NCBI RefSeq assembly: GCF_001194135.2
Contig: NC_068981.1
Coordinates: 15,781,117 to 15,828,576, forward strand
Source of the DNA: Octopus bimaculoides
Taxonomy: Eukaryota
Reading direction: 5' to 3'
DNA: 47,460 nt
A model generated the notes under the pieces. The model was given only the letters and a program-made list of their open reading frames with translations. It was not told the DNA's origin and made no database searches. The position numbers were made by a program, and so were the translations under genes. Below, piece by piece: positions 11,381 through 25,043 of this stretch (position 1 is the stretch's first letter; each line of letters begins with the position of its first letter).

Positions 11381-12800
11381 CTCTCTTTATATCGTCTTTT
11401 TGTCTTTTCCTTCATGTCATTGTGCTTGATCCTATCTATCCCAGGTATTTATAGCTGGATTGAAGTTGAACTGCCTTCATCATGTCACCACTTGGCAACC
11501 ATATGCCTTCTGTCCTGGAAAGCTTTCTTCATCTCATCACCATCGTAGAATCCAAACTCTGAGAATCCAAACTCCATCTTAATATCATTGCAGAAGATCC
11601 GCACAGACTGGACTAGGCTGTCCAGTTCTGCCTTAGCTTTTGTGAATAGCTTCAGGTCATCCATGAATAGCAAGTGGTTCAGTTTTCCCTTACCACTTCC
11701 CGGATCATATCCCAACTTTGTTTTCTGTAGTATTTCATTCAAGGGGATTATTCCCAGCATGAAGATCAGTGGGAATACACTATCCCCACTGGAAGATTCC
11801 TCTCTTGATTTTCACCTCTCCTACTACTTGCTTCCATGCTGTCAATTCCGTTCTCCAGCATTTCATACTGTTTCCATTAGGTCTACCATGAGATATTTGT
11901 GTCCTAAGTTGGCTAATTTCAGCGTCAGTTAATCTTTTATTCTTAATGATGTCACTACGCACATTACTTAATCTATTTGCGTCTCTATACCTCCGTACTT
12001 CGATGTCTACTAAGTTCCTACATAAAGCGTATGTTTACACTGAGGCTATTGTTTGGGTTTAGATGGGTTGCTTAAAAAGTTTTCAACACATCTCTATAAT
12101 GTTCTATATTTAAGAGATGAGGAATTATGTACAATATTTACATTATTTACATTTGATGGATATTTGTCCTCATCTTATTTATTATTCACCTCATATTCTG
12201 TGCTATACCTATTCTGGTGTTCTTGAGGTAGGTCTAATTTCTCTTCTTTTTCCGCATATCTGTTCTTCGCTATTCTTTCTTCAGCTTCCCCGTTGGGATG
12301 TACTGCTTGGACACTGGGTTTTGTGTGTCTGTTACCTATTTAATACCTTAGGAATGAGAACCCAGGTTCAAAATTTCCCCAAGACACCTGAAGAAGGATG
12401 GGGGGGGTATATCAGCGGAAACGCTGTGTTAACAACAAACAAGATGAGGACAAATATCCGTCCAATGTAAATAATTTAAATAATGTAAATAATGTACATC
12501 TCTATAATCTTCTCTAGTCCATTTCATGCGTTTTGCTTCAGGTGGTGCTTTTGGTAGTGTCTCTACAGATCAAGGGTTATGTTTACGTGGTTCTGGTTAC
12601 TTGTTTGTTCGTTTTATTTTTGTTATTTTTGAGAGTTTATTCCAGCTGCAGACTTTTCGATCCCTGTCTGGTTCCCCACTGGGTATTGCGGCCCTTGTCC
12701 CGGGCGATGACCGATTCGGCATGAGATTTTGGCTTCTCATTAAAGCATTGATGGTGACAATAGGAAACGGGTCTGTTTGTGCAGGGTCAACATTTTGACA
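11381..12800 (-). mobile_element. R4/Dong-like (RLE-type) non-LTR retrotransposon fragment, internally deleted, 3'-truncated and interrupted
   Basis: RT motifs GEVKIKRGIFQ/GDSVFPLIFMLGIIPLNEIL, LNHLLFMDDLKLF and YKYLG..IKHNDMKEK. N-terminal motifs KRMKWTREDYRDV and DANRLSNVRSDIIKNKRLTDAEI are typical of this clade's single ORF. Frameshifts and stops present. Confidence 0.8.
12101..12495 (+). mobile_element. ~395-bp insertion with inverted termini, degenerate hammerhead motif and 13-bp TSD
   Basis: TSD acatctctataat at 12088-12100 and 12496-12508. Removing one copy restores the host LINE frame KWTREDYRDVLKTF. 12127-12186 is inverted against 12431-12499. Motif acac-CTGAAGA...GAAA-cgct-gtgt at 12384-12429. 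Confidence 0.85.
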
Positions 12801-14504
12801 TGACACCGTTTCCTTGTTCTTCGAATGAATATGTTTATCATATCGTAGGCTGATAAATTGAAGATAGCATCTATTGTTTTGGTAACTATGTTTCCGGGCA
12901 TGACAGTTCGGTGATGTTTTAAACTGGGTGACTAATTTGCTCCCTTTTATATTCGTTTGTGAGAAGTCGCTTTGTTTTCGTTTGGTAGGGCGTCGCTCGT
13001 GACACGTGTTTTCTTTTATTTTCTGTGTGGGTAGGTGTGTCGTGTAGGCATTATTTATGTTGCTTGTAAATATTAGTATTTGCACATGGATGCATGAACA
13101 GATGCATGTATCGGTAATTATTCAATTACTGTGTAATTAGTGTGTTTTCCAGGGTTCCTGGTGCTGATTTCGACGTCTTGCGTATGTCAAATTGAGATAT
13201 CATGCATTTAAGAAAGAAAAGTATATGTAACAAAAATATCTCAGATTTTTTAGTTCCTTTGTTTTGACAGGACTTTACCCATAGAGTTATCGTGAAGATT
13301 TCCTTCCATTGCACCCAAACCAGCCGCTGTCCATCGAAATCAACTTCAGCGCGCAACGCCATGTCCCAAGCTATACTCGAGTAATCCTCTTAAACGGAAT
13401 AAACGGGCCAGGACACGCGACGTTATCTGGTTCTATCCCCTTTTGCCCTTAATGTTCAGACGAGAGAACACAAGTTCTTCTTCGTCCTACTTGAGAAACA
13501 TTTCCCTAAGTTCAGTACCCTTAGAAAGATCTTCAATTCCCAATTGACTAAATTTTCCTACTTCACCACTGGTAACATTGCTGGGGTAATCCGATGTCTG
13601 CACAATAAGAAACTTCGGAACCAGCAACATATTAGTTTTAATCATAATAGTACAGTTCGACCTAACCCGCAACCCACTACCCATAACCCTACCATACTCT
13701 TCAACCTCCCCACAAATACTGACCCTCACACCGCTTACCTTAATTCTATTACTTACAACAGTACCCTAAAACTACCTTACGACCAATCTAAATAAGGAAA
13801 GAGTGAAATAATATCATTAGTCATGAGAACCATCCTAATCTACATCTCCCTGAGGATGGCCTCACCACTTTAAAAATACCAATGCTAACGACGCTACAGA
13901 TAATGAATATAACACCAGGCCAACACTCGATAACCATAACTCTGTAAATTCATGTCTAGAACCTTCTAGAATCTTATGCTACTGTAGAAGCCCGACCTCA
14001 GTACCTCACAAAAAACCTTGTAGCTGTTAAAATCGAACTGCACTCTTCAAAGCTTGCACTAATAATAAGTATAAGGTAAAATTACTACCTGTTTTTATAG
14101 TATGTTAGTGCAGGTAGTTTATCCCATCCCCTTCCGACTTTTAGTTCAAACCATTTGAAAAAAGAACATTATTTATGGGATGACCCAATACTTCCTTGAT
14201 CGGTATTTCTCGTTAGTTGTTTCTTCCTGTCAATCAGAATCGATCTTATTTCTGGAATAAATCAGCTGTTAACAGGCCTGAAAATTGGTGTCCACAAAAA
14301 TACCTAAAAATATAGAAGACATGAAGTAGATAACGAAGGTACACTTGCGTTTAGGGCAAGGATTAAGGAGACAAGTCTACGCAAGGCGTATATTAATGTT
14401 TGTTTGCATGTATAATTACGTATAACATCAGTTACAGATTTAACTGAAGCATAACCCAACATTTTAAAACTTGGATAACACGTTTATTTAACCAACATAT
14501 GTGT

Positions 14505-14580
14505 GTGTATACATACATACATACATGCATACATACATGCATACATACATACATACATACATACATACATACATACACAT
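14505..14580. repeat. (CATA)n microsatellite
   Basis: Direct reading. Confidence 0.95.
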
Positions 14581-14931
14581 AAACTCCATCGAGACAACAC
14601 CGTATTCGAATTTAGACACTGTACAAAGAACATATTCAGTCAAGATAAATCATCATGTTAAACTATATTTGTCCCTAAATATGTATCTGTTAAGGATGGC
14701 TATAGCCACATTTCTATATAGACCCCACCACACACACACACACGCACACGTGTATTCACAAATACAAATGTATGACCATGTCTGTGTGTTTGCGTGTGTA
14801 TATCAGTCGTTTACCTGTGCATACATATGTATGTTTCTGTGTACGTTTACAGGTAGTCGTATATCCTCCTCTTAAAATGAACACGCACCATTGCTATATT
14901 TCAAAGTTTGCCCATATATATTTGTATACAT

Positions 14932-14979
<48 letters not shown>

Positions 14980-15553
14980 CACGGTTGTACAATATCCGTT
15001 CGTATGAGTTTGCTTGTATATCAGCATGCATGTGTTTAAGCTTCTGTATCTCTGGGTCTTTGGATCTACCCTATAATTTCTCTACTAATCGATATACATG
15101 TACATTCACAGATGCATACACACTCACACACACACTCACACAAACACACATAAATATATATATGCTTGCGTGAAGTATTTGTGTGTAACTGTGTATCAAA
15201 TAGCTATATGTGTAACAACAGAAGTATACTCCAATATATTTGGCAATACCAAACTGAATTTATTTAATTATACTAATATGGAGCAGTTAGATTCAGAACT
15301 ACGAGTTTATCGTTTGCTATTAAATCGTTATCGTTTCTCAGATGTAGCTAACATGTCACACTTTGTGTATAATGGTCAAAATCACAGGTCGCACCGACGG
15401 TGTTATGCGTTTGTACACACACACGCACGCACACACACACACATGCACTCACATACACACGTAGACACACGCACTAACACTCACACACATATATATACAC
15501 GTAGAGAGAGTTATATATATATATATATATATGTATATGTATATATATGTATG

Positions 15554-15612
<59 letters not shown>

Positions 15613-17002
15613 GTATGTATGTATGTATAGAGACACGCACACGCATACACACACAAATAAAGAGGTAGATAGATATTCGTGGGATTATATAAATGCACAT
15701 CAATATAATTTTTTTTCTGAGTTAAGGTAGAGATACACAGGAGTTCATAAAAGTTTGTTACCGAATGATGACTAACTAATAGGCAGATTTTGTGAGTAGA
15801 AAACCGTTGATAATATTTACAAGTACATATCTTAATATCATCCCATTGGATTTAAATTGTTTAATGGATTCAATAGACCGATTTTGACACCTTTTTAAAA
15901 AATTCTATCTCGCTGTGTAGTGGTTTCATATTAGTTTAGATATTGTAATAGTGTCAGGTGAAACATTACTTTTAGTGTACAAATAAAAGCATTTCAGTAA
16001 AACACAGCCCGTTTTGTCAGATAATGTCATTCAAATATACATATACAATATTAGACATTCACAGATACAGTAAAATTTCTAAATATGGAAAAGGAAAAAA
16101 ACACGATTAATTTAGTACAATAGAATGCTCACGTTATTTTCCATATTCACTGCACAGCTGCAATTTTTTCTAGTGCGAATAATAAATAAAACATTTAGTA
16201 TTTTACGTCATACCTAGTACGGCGTCTTATTAATGTCGCTTATATAATTGTTTCTTCTGTGCAACTTGTATCATTTCTTTGTTTTTTTCTTTTTCGTTTT
16301 TAATTCTTTAATTCTTTCTTGTTTTTCTTTTTTGATGGGTGGTGTGCATATAATTTTTGTTTTCTTACATAACTATCGTGTGATTCACAAACAATTATCT
16401 CCAAGCAAGTTGATCCTTTGTTTAGAAGCCTTCAGTAAGAAAATAATTTTCTGGAATGCCAACACGAGTTTAGTTTTCGTATAAAGCCTATACAAATTTT
16501 TCGGATCGCTTAATTATTTCGCAAGATGTTGATAAAATTGTTTCTGAAGGAATCTGAATGCATTTTATGCACACTTTTGTTCAATATTCTTTGCCGAAAC
16601 ATAACTGTTGCACAATATTTGTGCAGCAGTAATTTTTGCATAACAATAACTTTTGCATAGCAGCAAATTTTGCATAGCTGTAAATAGTTTTTGCATAAAG
16701 TCCGATAACACATTATATACCTAACAGATTAATTAGTAAGGAGTATAATTAGTAAAGGAGTATATTTTCAGTCTGACTCTAAATACAATTTTGCGACATT
16801 ATAGTGAAGCTTATGAACTGTACTTCCCTGCTTGAATGTCTCACATCAGTTACAAAAGAAAACATTTATATTTTTATTATATATGGGTGTATCTGTGTTT
16901 CTGTGTGAGTGTGTGCGTGCGCGTGTGTTTGCGGCATGTGTTTATCTATGTACATATCTATGTATGTGTATGAACGTCAGTGTGAGTGTGTGCATGTATA
17001 TA

Positions 17003-17128
17003 TGTGGAAGAGCATAGGCTCGAAACGTTAAAGACTTTTTCACTTCCCGAGCGTTATACTAATACATCTGTTTGTTGTCTACACCACCTGTCTTCGTCTT
17101 TTGTTTTTTTTTTGTGTGAATTCTCCCT
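17003..17128 (+). mobile_element. Short hammerhead-variant repeat ending in (TA)n, copy 1 (5'-truncated)
   Basis: tgtggaagagcataggctcgaaacgttaaag ... gaattctccc then (TA)n. Homologous to 17719, 25667 and 44224. Confidence 0.8.
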
Positions 17129-17676
17129 ATATATANNNNNNNNNNNNNNNNNNNNNNNNNNNNNNNNNNNNNNNNNNNNNNNNNNNNNNNNNNNNNNNNN
17201 NNNNNNNNNNNNNNNNNNNNNNNNNNNNNNNNNNNNNNNNNNNNNNNNNNNNNNNNNNNNNNNNNNNNNNNNNNNNNNNNNNNNNNNNNNNNNNNNNNNN
17301 NNNNNNNNNNNNNNATATATATATATATATGTATATATGTATATGTATATGTATTTGTGTCTATGTATGTGTGTGTGAGAGTTTGTCAGGATTTTTGTGT
17401 ATAGCAGTGTCAACCTTTGTGTGGATTCGTACGCTTTTATTCTCGAATGCAACTTAAACCATTTCGTAAGTAGAATACACGAATACCAGACTGAACTGCG
17501 GGCAACGATATCCACTAAGTCTTGTAGAGACTGTATCTCTGCGCAGCTGCATCCAATGTCTGAAACTAAAAGAATAAAAAGTTTAATAGTATTCATACAT
17601 ACATGTTATATATACATACAAGGATACACACATACACACACACACACGCACGCACACAAACACTTATAATACATAC

Positions 17677-17718
<42 letters not shown>

Positions 17719-17720
<2 letters not shown>

Positions 17721-17910
17721 GATTGACCGTTGACTGAACACTATTCAATTTTTTTCTCCGTGTTTTTCTCCTTGTCTCCGTATTCTTTCTGTTGAAGAGC
17801 GTAGCTCGAAACGTCAAAGACTTTCCGTATTCCCGAGCGTCATACTAATATATACTTTTGTTATTTACACCACCTGTCCTCGTCTGTTGTTATTATTTGT
17901 ATATTCTCCC
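17719..17910 (+). mobile_element. Short hammerhead-variant repeat between two (TA)n tracts, copy 2
   Basis: ~190 bp flanked on both sides by (TA)n. Contains the best-preserved motif of the family. Confidence 0.82.
17784..17820 (+). ncRNA. Minimal hammerhead-like motif (CUGUUGA core variant)
   Basis: tcttt | CTGTTGA | a | gagc-gta-gctc | GAAA | cg | TC | aaaga. Stem I is 5 bp, stem II 4 bp, stem III the palindrome ACGT, with GUC triplet. A6 is replaced by U. Confidence 0.65.
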
Positions 17911-18438
17911 ATATATATATATATATATATGAGAAGAAAATGGATATAATAACGAAGAGAAACTCGTCGTTTTCGCTGGTATGCCTTTAATTTAATTAGA
18001 TAAATTGCTTCCTTCTTTGTTATATAACCTAAACTACGGTCGACCAACCGAACCACCTGCTACCGTACAACTTTAGAAAAGACTGCACCTACCCAGGTAA
18101 TAACCAGGAGCGACTTTGGATTTAATTATCCCTTAGAGGTATTCAACTCCTCTAACTGACACGAAAGGCAGAGTAGATGAAACAGGAACAACTGATGAAG
18201 GGGGATGTTCTTTATGTTGCATGTCTCATTCCTCTCTTTGTTTTTTTTCTTTTCGTTGTTCGTAAAACAAGTTCGTTCTCTATGTTTTTGTTTTTATGTT
18301 CCCGTTTCTCATTGTGTTCAACTTTTTTTATGTCCTGTACCCATATATGTATGTATATATACATATAAATGTAGGTATGTACATATATGTATGGATATAT
18401 GCATATGTTTATATATTAATTATATTATATATATATAT

Positions 18439-18544
<106 letters not shown>

Positions 18545-18804
18545 ACGAAGGCAACTATACGGAAAATTCAATTGTTAGTAATTGTAATTGTGTTAGTAAT
18601 TGCCCTGCCGGGTAGCATGTATATTGCTAGAAATAAAAGTTTTAAACCACTTAATGCCGGAAGAAAACAAACTTTCATAAATTGACAGGGGAGATAACCG
18701 CCTCACACCGAAGCTAGATCACGATATTAGACTAGTTTCGTCTGAAATTACTATCTCATCGATAGTGACTTCGTCCTTAGCAACATAAAACCAAAAAAGG
18801 AAAA

Positions 18805-19932
18805 ATTCAGTGAGAGAAATTGATGCTGCTGCCCTCATTTGTGTTTCTTGCCGTGCGGTAGGCTTGTCTGGAACCCTTGATAGGAGCACATCCAGTTTTG
18901 TTTTGAACACACCTACATCCACACCATGCTGGTCTCTCAGATATTTTGGAAGGATATTTAAAAAACGTGGGTCCTTGAAACCCAAGCTGTTGCAGTATCT
19001 GGTCCTGGATTTTGATGGCGATGCTGTGATTTTTGGCACTACGCAGTTGTGCTAGAGTCTGCTGTTTGTGTAATATTCAATGTCAAAGCTTGGTACATGG
19101 CCTTCCATGATTTTCCTGATGTGTATCACTGCATATCTTTCCAGCCTTCTTTCTAGGAAGAAGGGATTTGACTCTTTCAGCCTATCCTAATAGCTGATAT
19201 GTTGCATGGAGATTTTTTTTTGTATACCTTCATTGGATTGCTTCGAGTTCCTCCCTCAATTTCATACTGTGTGGTGATCATATTTGGGAGCAGTAGTCCA
19301 AGCGGATGGTGATGTATGCCCTCCAAAGGACCATCATAGTTTCCTTTTCTTTCATTTTGAAAGTTCGGAGGATCCATCCAGCTAGCAGCCTGCATTGTTC
19401 ATGTCAGTGCCCATTTCACGCACTGATTCTCATTCAGGGATTGCATTTCCCCCTGAGTCAGTGTATCCTGCCTGCATGGCGCTCAAGTTTGTGTGATGGT
19501 AGCGCAGAGTTTGGAATTTTTCTCCGTTAAACAGCATGTTGTTGTTCTCAGCCCACCTGTATATTGCGTCCAACTCCTGTTGCAGATGTGCAATATTTCC
19601 AGGCTGTTGTATTGTCTGAGAGACTTTTGTGACATCTGAATACCTAGTGGGAGGGCTATCTGATCAGCTGAAGGCATGTCCGAGAAGGCCACTACAAATA
19701 GATGTGGTCATTTGAGATGGCTCTATTGGCTACCACTGCCCGACGCCTACCATTAGAAAGTCGTGCAGCCACTCTCCAAGTTTTCCGACTTTGCTGAAGT
19801 CACGCAGTTTGTGACATATCATGCCATGGTCGACTTTATTAAAGGCGTTTGCAAAGTCGAGCTATATCGCATTCACACTTGAGTCGTTTAGCAGTTGTTT
19901 TAACATCCAGTCGTAATATTGAAAGAGCCGTG
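18805..19932 (-). mobile_element. CR1-clade LINE, RT domain to ORF end, degenerate
   Basis: LDFANAFNKVDHGMICHKLRD; LQQELDAIYRWAENNNMLFNGEKFQTL; RLDYCSQI.SP; NSLGFKDPRFLNILPKYLR..FKTKLDVLLSRVPDKP..RAAASISL. Multiple stops. Confidence 0.9.
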
Positions 19933-21072
19933 TATGTGTGTGTGTGTGGTGTGTGTGTAGAGGGGATTACTGACATATATAATAGTTTCGATGTCGTTTA
20001 TGTGGATACCACTAAGATGGCAGGTGTATGTGCTGTTAAATCCTGACGTAGAAATTCCATGTTTCTTGTTTTTTTTTTTGTTTTTTTAAGTCAAAAAATG
20101 AAACAAATATTTTATTTAGTATAAAGAAACACTGCATCAAGAATGCTGCTGAATTGTAAATAACTCAGTGAAGCAACAAAGCTGGAAATTAGGCGTTAAA
20201 ATAAGATGGTGACGGGAGGATAAAATTAAAGATGACATCCGTGCTTGTTCATTTAGTCTGTTGGTATTTCTCGTCTGCAGTTCTTTAACATTTACTTCTC
20301 GAAGGATCTACATTTCCTGAAAATTTTGATCTAGTGTATTTATATGCGCAAGTCTCTAATTTTAGGTCTTTGAATTTTTTTGTTTTATTGATGAGCATAA
20401 ATTATAACTTTTGCTTGTTTTGTTTTTCTTTATGAAAGACTCACCAAACAGTTCATCATAGAATGGTGTAGTGTGGCAACTTTCGTAGATCTACTAGCTC
20501 CGACTCTACCTCGAGATAGAAGTGTTGTTGTCTCTGGAGAAGCTCATTCACTTTCGACAGATATTGTTTTTAAACCTTCTGTGTAGGCATATAGTGTTTT
20601 CACTTATCAGGCGTGCTAGTGGGGCATGCGTAGTTCGCACCCATTCGACTGTGAAGGGTAGTACGTTAATACACATTTACCTGTAGTGAAATAGTACTCA
20701 ATAATATTATGCAGATATTTCCAGTTTCTAACATAAGTTTCACTGAAGTTATTTGAAAACAAGCTTTAAAAATCTAAAAAAATTAAATCGTATAATATTT
20801 CAAACAATATCTACAATAATGCTTAGTTAAAACTTATGTATTTTTACTGCATATGTAAGCGCTCACAACTGTATATCACCGAAGTGATACACAGAAATTC
20901 CTTGCGACATTCAATGATGTTACGTTAGTTGAGAATCATTCTCATAAGAAGAATGCATATCAATAAAATCCAAATATTCCCTTTCCGTGCAGCCAAATTT
21001 AATAGAGAAGGAATCGATATGATAATGAGTTAGAGTTATTCGAGTAAAGTTTAAAACAACATATAAATAGCG

Positions 21073-21123
<51 letters not shown>

Positions 21124-21150
21124 GTCTATCTATCTATCTATCTATCTATC
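21073..21150. repeat. (CTAT)n microsatellite
   Basis: Direct reading. Confidence 0.97.
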
Positions 21151-24100
21151 TTACGTCTTGGTGTCTGTGTATTTGTATCCTCGGCAATATACCCATTATA
21201 TAGACTTGTTACATAAATCATCGCAATTAATGAAACATTCACGAAAACAAATATTATAGTGACAATCCCTATTGAGATACAGATTGACGCCATATAAAGA
21301 TATCAAAGAATTATTACACATAAAAATGTATAGTCCTACATGTACGCTGTCACATTGATAAATACTGTTTTAACGATCTTACTTAACATTCTACGTGCCT
21401 ATGCACACGCACACACAACACGATAAACATGTGTATGCATGTATATAGTTATATTTTTATGTACACTTACGTCTGTATGTATACATGTATGTATGTAATA
21501 TTACTGTATGTACGTATGTATGTATGTATGTATGCATGCATGCATGTATGTATGTATGTATGTATCTAAAACCGTGAAAATGTCAACACGGCGGATGAAT
21601 GAGATAAAAAGCAAATGTCGAGGTTAATCCAGCGTAATGAAAGAATAATCGGGATATCATTTATAATTCATCATGGAAGGGAGAAAGAACGGTGTAAGAT
21701 AATTAACTCACACGAAATATTATTGATTGAAACTAATTACGTACAATAAAAGAATTCAAAAACGGCAGAAAAAAAAAGATGAAATAATTCGGAGCAATTA
21801 GAGACTAATTATTAATGAGAAGCCAAAATCAAATGTAAGCCGTTGAATATTTTCAATATGAAATAATTGCTGTAAAGAAATGGTGCGGGGAAAGATATCC
21901 CGATTCACCTATGCTCTATGATTAAATTGAACATGTAATTTGTTCTACATAACTGCATATGATTGATCAACATATTTAGTAACATTGTGCATAGATTCTT
22001 ACTGTTACATCATTAACATTATGTTATCCATGTATGATGCTTGAATATCTTATTATAAGCTTGTAATTGTAGCTCTGTTTTTTGAAATTATAAGCTACAG
22101 GTTTAGTGTTCTGAAACCTTGTTGGGAGATATAAGCATAGATGTTGGGAGCAATCTTAGTTTATGTTGATATTAGAAGCTAGGAAATATGTAGATATTCA
22201 TAAAAATGTTACTTTTAACTAGACATGTGGATATTCGTTATGTTTAACAAAGTAATTAGGAAGCTATTGAGTCTATTATATTTATTATGATAACGTATTT
22301 CGGCGGCGCCGGGTCGCTGCTGAGTTTCGGTGAAGGAGTTGGTTTAAAAGGGGTTGATATCGGAATTTTGAGGGATAGTTTCACATTCAGTGGTAATTTG
22401 TGTGATTATTTTTTTCTATCATTATAATTTTTCTCTGTACTCGAAACAAAAGAGTGAAGTTTTAAACAAGGAGACTCGATCAACATTGCTTTTATGTTCT
22501 CTTCAAATCTGACGTATAAAACAATGTCAATATAGATTGCCGATATCTTTTGCAACATGTGTGTGGTTGTCATTTTTTTTTTTTTTTGTTTCAATTTTCT
22601 CTTGTTCTTCCACTTCCATTAATGCAAAACTATTTAACTAATATACTCGTGCTTTCGTGAATTACACACGCAACACACACTCACAAACGCACCCATACAC
22701 ACACACATGTACAAACACATACACATATATAGAGAGAGACACGGAGCGAAAGAAAGACAAAAAATATTTTTATTGCATTGATCTGTTTCTTTTACTTGGT
22801 TCAGTTCAGTACGGTAGCTGACCGCGTTGGAACGATTCATTGAGTTCTGTGTTGCCCTATGTGGTGTATAGTTTATATTTTGGGTGTTTTCGTTGCTTAT
22901 ATATGTAAATGAAACCCATTAACAAAGTCATTAGAGTTTCACATAGAATGGTTTCCAGTGTTCTTTTAGTCTCTCTGCCTTCCGAATTCAAATCCTGTCG
23001 TAAAATGGTTACTTTTCATCCTTTCATTGACAGTCAAGTTACTGGCATAATATTTTCTCCCCACCGCACTCGCTCTGATTCTCTTTCTTTCTTTCTCTCT
23101 CTCTCTCTCTCTCTCTCTCCCTCTCTCTCCCCCTCTGTCTCTCTCCCCCCTCTCTCTCTCTGTATATATATTTATATATATATATATATATTTTTTTTTT
23201 CTGTCTTTTTCTCTCCGGATTTTACCTACAATGTCAATTTCCAGCTAACCCAACTTATTCAAATGATGAATAAGGATTACGTTAAGTAACATTTTTGCGG
23301 GTATTATTCAGCAGTTTGAAAGTTGATTTCTTGAACGGGACTCTATCATTTTTGTTTGTAGACGATGAAAAAATAAATGAACCGATTATGCATTGGCTAT
23401 GTACGCACGTTGATTGGGGAGACACAGATGAAAAACGTAGCGAGAATATATTTGGTGTCTTCAAAAGGTTTCATTAACTTCTACTAATTTTTTTATGTAG
23501 AATTGAAATAACTATTTTCTTTCAAAGGTTGAATGTTGTAATGCATGTTTTTTGTTTTAATTTATTGCATTTTATAGGGAATGTATTAATTTTAATACCT
23601 TGTTGGTTGTTTTTTATGTATTCGAATATTGATAGCATATTTATGTAACTTTCAGATATTTTGTACAACTTGTACTTCTTGATATTTTGGCAATCTTTGT
23701 TTTAAGAGTCAATAATCATATAACAAAACCGTTCGAGTAATGTCTTCATTTGTCGATTACTATATTTGTAGCGCTTAATTTTTATATACTCTCCACAATT
23801 AGCAAAAGAATAAACAGTTGAAAGTTGTGTTCTCACATTTGAGTACTCTTTAAGAAAGATGCCTCGACTACAATTCAGGCAAATACACTTTACTTTAATT
23901 TCATTACAATTAATACAGTCTACTCTATCATAGTGATAGTTGCGTAGGTAAGTGACTCATCGTTGTTATTGATTTCCCTCTGACAAAAGAAGTTGCCTTC
24001 CTACTGCATTTCAAGAATAACCAATAAAATCCGATGGAGGACTGGCTTCTGTTTCATTCTGACAATGAACTGGACATAGCTGAGATTTATTATAATTGAC

Positions 24101-24641
24101 ATACATATATAATGGAAGAAAAGCTTTGTGTTTAATTTCATTTCTTTCTAATCCACTGAAATATTTTAAAGTTATTTATGATCTTCTTAAGAGTCGTTTG
24201 AAGTTACTTTTCAATAGCTCTTAGCAAGAGATTGTAAAATAAATTTATTATATATTTTCCATAGGGATTACACTATATTTGTAAAGATGAACTAAACTTA
24301 ATATCTTGTGTTTCCTTCACTTTATCTATTTTTGTAATAATGCTCGAGTTTGTTACATGTTACTAGTGAGAATTGATCTTCTCCACAAGAAGCGCTTCTC
24401 ATTTACACATCCTACAGATTTACTGCGGTTGTTTTCTACTAAGAATTTCTATAGTTGAACAAGTTGTGTTTATATCTCCATATATTCTTGGACTATATAG
24501 AAACATCAAATCGTTAGTCTTTTAGGCTCGTATATTTCAGCAAATGACGTAATACTAGATCTAAGAAACAATATTTGCAGTATTGTCATAGATATGCAGT
24601 TGTAATTTTGATATAGGTGGTGTATGTATAAATATATACAA

Positions 24642-24962
24642 ACATGGCACTGTGGTGAGAACGTCGGGCTCACAATCATAAGGTAGTGAGTTCGATTCCC
24701 GGACGTGGCTGAGTCTTGTAATCTTGAGCATGACACTTTATTTCACGTTGTTCCGGTTCAGTCAGATTTTAAAATAAGTCCCAATGTCACTGGTGTCAAG
24801 CTCTATCGGCCTTGGATGACATTGGTGGCGTGGAGACGAGAGGCTGGTATACATGTGCGTCTGCTGGTCTTCCACAGAGAAGCTTGCACGAGCTTGTGCC
24901 TCAGGGGATAACTTTCTAGATGCAGTCTCATGGTCACTCATGACTAGTGGAGTTCTTTATCT
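24642..24962 (+). mobile_element. Near full-length tRNA-derived SINE
   Basis: A-box-like tggcactgtggtgag and B-box gagttcgattccc in a tRNA-like head, followed by ~240 bp of body. Confidence 0.85.
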
Positions 24963-25043
24963 TTAAAATTTATATGCGTATATATATTACGTTTATATAT
25001 TCGTTTTGCAAGATTCTTGATGTGAAATCGTGTGTTGAAACAG

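Noticed and set aside
20440-20700. Exon-like patch with a minus-strand GTGAGT donor and short open frames
   Set aside because: Frames are short, peptides are unrecognised and there is no partner exon; signals like this occur by chance.
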